Source: Candidatus Helarchaeota archaeon (GTDB lineage: Archaea > Asgardarchaeota > Lokiarchaeia > Helarchaeales > RDOG01). Taken from it: a stretch of 64,000 nucleotides of DNA. The stretch spans positions 105,669-169,668 of the forward strand of contig JAHPZH010000003.1 in assembly GCA_019058315.1 (NCBI GenBank). Direction: 5' to 3'. Positions within the stretch are counted from its first letter, which is position 1. The number at the start of each line of letters is the position of its first letter. Shown piece by piece: positions 60,042 through 64,000 of this stretch. Both the position numbers and the translations under genes were made by a program. The notes beneath the pieces are model-generated. The model was not told where the DNA came from. It made no database searches and worked only from the letters and a program-made list of their open reading frames with translations.

Positions 60042-60134
60042 TTTCTTCTCCTAAAATTGATATAGAAAAAACAAAAATAAGTAATTTTCGATTCTATATA
60101 AGATTTTAGAAATAAATATCAAAAAAGTAATATT

Positions 60135-61379
60135 TTATTTTTTCTCCAAAATATGTACACATAAAGCTGCTTCGCCAGGACCTATATTACCGCCACCATT
60201 TTCAGCCAGCGCAATTTTTGCTTTAACTTGTCTTTCACCAGCTTCTCCACGTAGCTGAGTTACTAGTTCATAAATTTGTGCTAATCCAGAGGCACCGATT
60301 GGATGACCACGAGAAAGTAATCCCCCGCTAGTGTTAATAGGAATTTTTCCATCAAGTGCTGTAGCTCTACTCTCGGTAAATGGTCCGCCTTCTCCTACTG
60401 GACAGAATCCCATTTGTTCAATTTGATGAATTTCTCCAAAAGCTGTAGCATCATGAACTTCTGCCACATCTATATCTTTTGGACCTAAGGCTGACATTTC
60501 ATAAGCCGCTGCGGCAGCTCGTTTGGCTATATCGTCTTTCTTCCATGACCCAGATCTTAAAACCGAAGCTCTTACTAATATTGCCCTTGGATTTGGAAAT
60601 TCTTTTAGAAATTTTTCAGAACATAGAATTGCAGCCGCAGCACCATCTCCTACTGGGGCGCACATGGACCGGGTCAAGGGATAAGCAACTTCATAATCAT
60701 CCAAAACCTGTTCCACAGTCATAGGAAAAGTATACTGGGCTAGTGGATTAAGTGATGAATTAGTGTGATTCTTAGCTGCAACTACAGCCAATTGGCGTTG
60801 TGTAGTCCCATATTTTTTCATATGAGTACGTGCTGCCATTGCATAGAGATCCATAAAAGCAGAATGGCCTCCTTTTTTCCCTTTATTCACTTCAACTCCT
60901 TCTTTTTCTGCTTTCTTTTTCTTTTGCCTTTCGGCCCATTTCTTCAATTGTTCAATCATCCTAGTTGTGACTTCCACATCTGTTCCTGCTATAAATCCTT
61001 CCATCATTTTCTTTCGGTCTTCGTTATAGACTTTTTCAACACCAATAGCAAGAGTACAGTCATAAAGACCAGCTTTTATTGCAGTCCATGCTCCATGAAA
61101 AGCAGTACTGCCACTAGCACAAGCATTTTCCACATTTGTTATAGGTATTTTATCAATACGGTTAGCAGAAAGTGCTACTTGACCTCTAATTGAGTGCTGA
61201 TTTTCACTCATACCCCAACCAGAATTGGAAAACCATGCAGCTTCTATTTCTTTTAGACTTAAATCACAATCTTGTTTGGCGGATTTTAAAGCTTCACCTG
61301 TAAATTTTTTGATACTTTTTTCAAGAAATTTACCGAATTTTGTCATTCCAACACTATATATATAAACTTTTTCGCTCAT
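60135..61379 (-). CDS. Thiolase, SCP2-type (paralog 2)
   Basis: NVENACASG, EVHDA, SRGHPIGASG, AENGGG. Start placed at ATG 61379. Confidence 0.93.
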   Translation of the reverse strand: MSEKVYIYSVGMTKFGKFLEKSIKKFTGEALKSAKQDCDLSLKEIEAAWFSNSGWGMSENQHSIRGQVALSANRIDKIPITNVENACASGSTAFHGAWTAIKAGLYDCTLAIGVEKVYNEDRKKMMEGFIAGTDVEVTTRMIEQLKKWAERQKKKKAEKEGVEVNKGKKGGHSAFMDLYAMAARTHMKKYGTTQRQLAVVAAKNHTNSSLNPLAQYTFPMTVEQVLDDYEVAYPLTRSMCAPVGDGAAAAILCSEKFLKEFPNPRAILVRASVLRSGSWKKDDIAKRAAAAAYEMSALGPKDIDVAEVHDATAFGEIHQIEQMGFCPVGEGGPFTESRATALDGKIPINTSGGLLSRGHPIGASGLAQIYELVTQLRGEAGERQVKAKIALAENGGGNIGPGEAALCVHILEKK

Positions 61380-61405
61380 TTTTTTCCCTTTCTTATTTAA
61401 TAAGA

Positions 61406-62659
61406 TTATATTTTTTCCAAAATATGGACACACATGGCAGCTTCGCCAAATCCTATAGTTCCACCACCATTTTCAGCTAAAGCAATTTTTGCTTTGACTT
61501 GTCTTTCGCCAGCCTCTCCTCGTAGCTGAGTTACTAATTCATAAATCTGTGCAAGACCTGAAGCACCTATTGGATGGCCACGAGAGAGTAATCCCCCACT
61601 CGTATTGATAGGAATCTTTCCATCTAGTGCAGTAGCTCCACTTTCTGCAAATGGACCCCCTTTTCCTATTGGACAGAATCCCATCTGTTCTGTCTGATGA
61701 ACTTCGCCAAAAGCAGTAGCGTCGTGAACTTCTGCCACATCTATATCTTTTGGTTCAAGACCAGCCATTTCATAAGCAGATTTAGCAGCCCTCTTGGCAA
61801 TATCATCTGATCTCCATGAACCAGATTTTAAAACTGAAGCACGTATTAAAACTGCTCTAGGGTTAGGATTTGCTTTGAGAAACTTTTCAGAGCATAGAAT
61901 TGCAGCTGCAGCACCATCTCCGATTGGGGCACACATGGACCTTGTCAGGGGATAAGCAACTTCATAATCATCCAAAACTTGCTCCACAGTCATAGGAAAG
62001 GTATATTGTGCAAGAGGGTTAAGAACTGAATTATTGTGATTCTTGGCAGCAATGACAGCCAATTGGCGTTGCGTGGTTCCATATGCCTTCATATGATTAC
62101 GGGCAGCCATAGCATATATATCCATAAAAGCGGAATGACCTCCTTTTTTTTCTTTTTTTACTTCAGTCCCTTCCGCTTTAGCTTTCTTTTCTTTTTGCTT
62201 TTGTGCGTATTTTTTCAATTGCTCGATCATTTTAGTAGTAGCTTCCACATCTGTATACACCATAAAGCTTTTCATCGTTTTCGCACGGTCCTCGTTATAG
62301 AGTTTTTCAACACCTATAGCCAGCACGCAGTCGTAAAGACCTGCTTTTATTGCAGTCCACGCCCCATGAAAGGCAGTACTCCCGCTAGCACAAGCATTCT
62401 CCACATTTATAATTGGAATTTGGTCGATACGATTAGCACTGAGCGCTACTTCTCCGCGAATGCAGTGCTGATTGGAAAATATTCCCCAAGCACAATTAGA
62501 ATACCATGCAGCTTCGATATTACTTAAATCTAAGTTGCAATCTTTTTGGGTAAGATCAAGGGCTTCGCCTGTTAAATCCTTAATACTTTTTTTGAGATAT
62601 TTCCCGAATTTAATCATACCAGTACCAATTACATAAATTTTATTGCTCATATTTTTCAA
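61406..62659 (-). CDS. Thiolase, SCP2-type (paralog 1)
   Basis: Same motifs; highly similar to its neighbour. ATG 62650 is an alternative start. Confidence 0.93.
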   Translation of the reverse strand: MKNMSNKIYVIGTGMIKFGKYLKKSIKDLTGEALDLTQKDCNLDLSNIEAAWYSNCAWGIFSNQHCIRGEVALSANRIDQIPIINVENACASGSTAFHGAWTAIKAGLYDCVLAIGVEKLYNEDRAKTMKSFMVYTDVEATTKMIEQLKKYAQKQKEKKAKAEGTEVKKEKKGGHSAFMDIYAMAARNHMKAYGTTQRQLAVIAAKNHNNSVLNPLAQYTFPMTVEQVLDDYEVAYPLTRSMCAPIGDGAAAAILCSEKFLKANPNPRAVLIRASVLKSGSWRSDDIAKRAAKSAYEMAGLEPKDIDVAEVHDATAFGEVHQTEQMGFCPIGKGGPFAESGATALDGKIPINTSGGLLSRGHPIGASGLAQIYELVTQLRGEAGERQVKAKIALAENGGGTIGFGEAAMCVHILEKI

Positions 62660-62712
62660 CTAGACAAACTTTTTTCTATATTTAGGATAAGATAATTTTT
62701 TTTTATTTTTTA

Positions 62713-64000
62713 TTAATCCCGTTTTAATTTATAACCAGCTTTTTCACGGTCGTAAGTATTTTCTGTTGCACCACGCTTTTTTAGTATTCTTTTTAGAATT
62801 CTGTGTACATCACTTTTTGGAAGTTGATCCATGAATTCTATATATCTAGGAATCATAAAATAAGCCATTTTATCTTGACAAAAATCTAGAAGTTCTTCTG
62901 GGGTCATTGTTTTACCAGGTTTTAAAACCACTGCGACCATTACTTCATCCTCCCCTAATTCAGATTTAACTCCAAAAGCTGCTGATTCTAAAATTTTCTC
63001 ATTTTGATTGATTATATTTTCAATACTATATGCAGCTATATTTTCACCCCGTCTTCGAATTGCATCTCTCTTTCTATCTACATAATAAAAATAACCATCT
63101 TCGTCATAATAGGATAAGTCTCCAGTGGTGAACCAATTTTTTCCATCTTTATCTTGTCTAATAAGTTTTTTAGAAGCTTCTACATTTTTATAATACTTAA
63201 CTTCTCTTTGTTTTGCTTCTCTATCTCTCCATTCAAAAACAAGCTCACCAACTTCATTAGGACCTAACAGATTTCCATCATCATCTAATATTGCTGCATT
63301 CCCTCCTAGACATTTTCCCATTGACCCTACACGTGGTTTCACAACTCCGAAATTAGCAAGAGCAAATCCACCTCCATCGGTTGCAGCGTAGAATTCCCTT
63401 ATTGTAATGTTATATCTATTTATGAATGCTTCCCACACCTCTTTAGGACATGCGGCACTTAAAACAATTTTAACATTATGTTCTTTATCGTTAGGTCTTT
63501 CTGGTTGTTTCATTAAAATAGGAATCATTGCCCCAAGCGTATTAAATTCAGTAACATTATATTTTCGACATATGGCGAAATGTCTGCTAGCACTAAATCT
63601 TTTAGCAAAAATTAACGGCACTTCATTAAGGTATGCTGTGAAAGTTGAAATGAATAGCGCATTAGCATGAGCTAAGGGTAGGGCAGTATAGATAACATCG
63701 TTCCCTTGAAGAATCATTGCTGCAAAAACTGCCTTCATTGTCGATATATTATTACCCCCAACCAATTTTCCTTGATAAAAAGTTACAGCTTTTGGCAAAC
63801 CTGTAGTACCTGCCGTATACATAAGTATTACCATATCTTCCAAGCTAATTTCAGTCTCAATATCGTCATCTGGCGCTTCCATTACTTCTTGAAGAGATAT
63901 TGTTCCTTCAGGCAATTTAAAATCGCTTGGAGCCTCTCTTAGATTGACAATAACATGTTTCATGTTTTTGACTTGATCTTTAATTTTCATAAAAGTCTCT
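62713..64000 (-). CDS. AMP-forming acyl-CoA ligase, CaiC (crotonobetaine/carnitine-CoA ligase)-like; 5' end outside the window
   Basis: YTAGTTGLPK, LPLAHANA, RFSASR, YAATD, WFTTGDL, DRKRDAIRRRGENI, YFMIPRY. Confidence 0.9.
   Translation of the reverse strand, partial: ETFMKIKDQVKNMKHVIVNLREAPSDFKLPEGTISLQEVMEAPDDDIETEISLEDMVILMYTAGTTGLPKAVTFYQGKLVGGNNISTMKAVFAAMILQGNDVIYTALPLAHANALFISTFTAYLNEVPLIFAKRFSASRHFAICRKYNVTEFNTLGAMIPILMKQPERPNDKEHNVKIVLSAACPKEVWEAFINRYNITIREFYAATDGGGFALANFGVVKPRVGSMGKCLGGNAAILDDDGNLLGPNEVGELVFEWRDREAKQREVKYYKNVEASKKLIRQDKDGKNWFTTGDLSYYDEDGYFYYVDRKRDAIRRRGENIAAYSIENIINQNEKILESAAFGVKSELGEDEVMVAVVLKPGKTMTPEELLDFCQDKMAYFMIPRYIEFMDQLPKSDVHRILKRILKKRGATENTYDREKAGYKLKRD

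Noticed and set aside
997-63942. Many 60-160 aa ORFs antisense to or nested in longer genes (e.g. 997..1299, 15227..15673, 16195..16472, 41570..42007, 62036..62527)
   Set aside because: Shadow frames of well-supported genes; their F/S/L-rich composition mirrors K/E-rich sense strands and they carry no motifs

Overview
Very AT-rich archaeal chromosomal window, almost certainly from an Asgard archaeon (Lokiarchaeia/Helarchaeales-like). Archaeal markers are aIF6, prefoldin alpha, FtsY, archaeal DtdA, a four-subunit 2-oxoacid:ferredoxin oxidoreductase and an intron-containing tRNA. It also carries many eukaryotic-signature-like proteins: two Rab-like GTPases, a longin-Arf-like GTPase fusion, uDENN/longin proteins, a gelsolin-domain protein, membrane RING-like proteins and a WD40-PCI protein. 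The most striking locus is 21.4-27.9 kb, where two closely related Rab-like GTPases each sit beside a tandem pair of 7-transmembrane proteins with a C-terminal longin domain, followed by a Yip1-like gene. This is a candidate membrane receptor to longin heterodimer to small-GTPase signalling system, GPCR-like in logic. A second GTPase-regulator cluster at 14.1-19.0 kb has two uDENN-like proteins around a longin-Arf fusion. Not shown by the ORF track: a tRNA-Gln(CUG) with two non-canonical BHB introns and C33, a probable ACG start codon, a duplicated gene-start remnant, and a tandem palindromic operator. The rest is anaerobic metabolism (non-Pyl MttB plus corrinoid protein, POR, thiolases, acyl-CoA ligase, GlcD/CCG oxidoreductase) and transport. 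No CRISPR array, rRNA or mobile element was seen. All family calls come from reading motifs by eye; no database searches were run.
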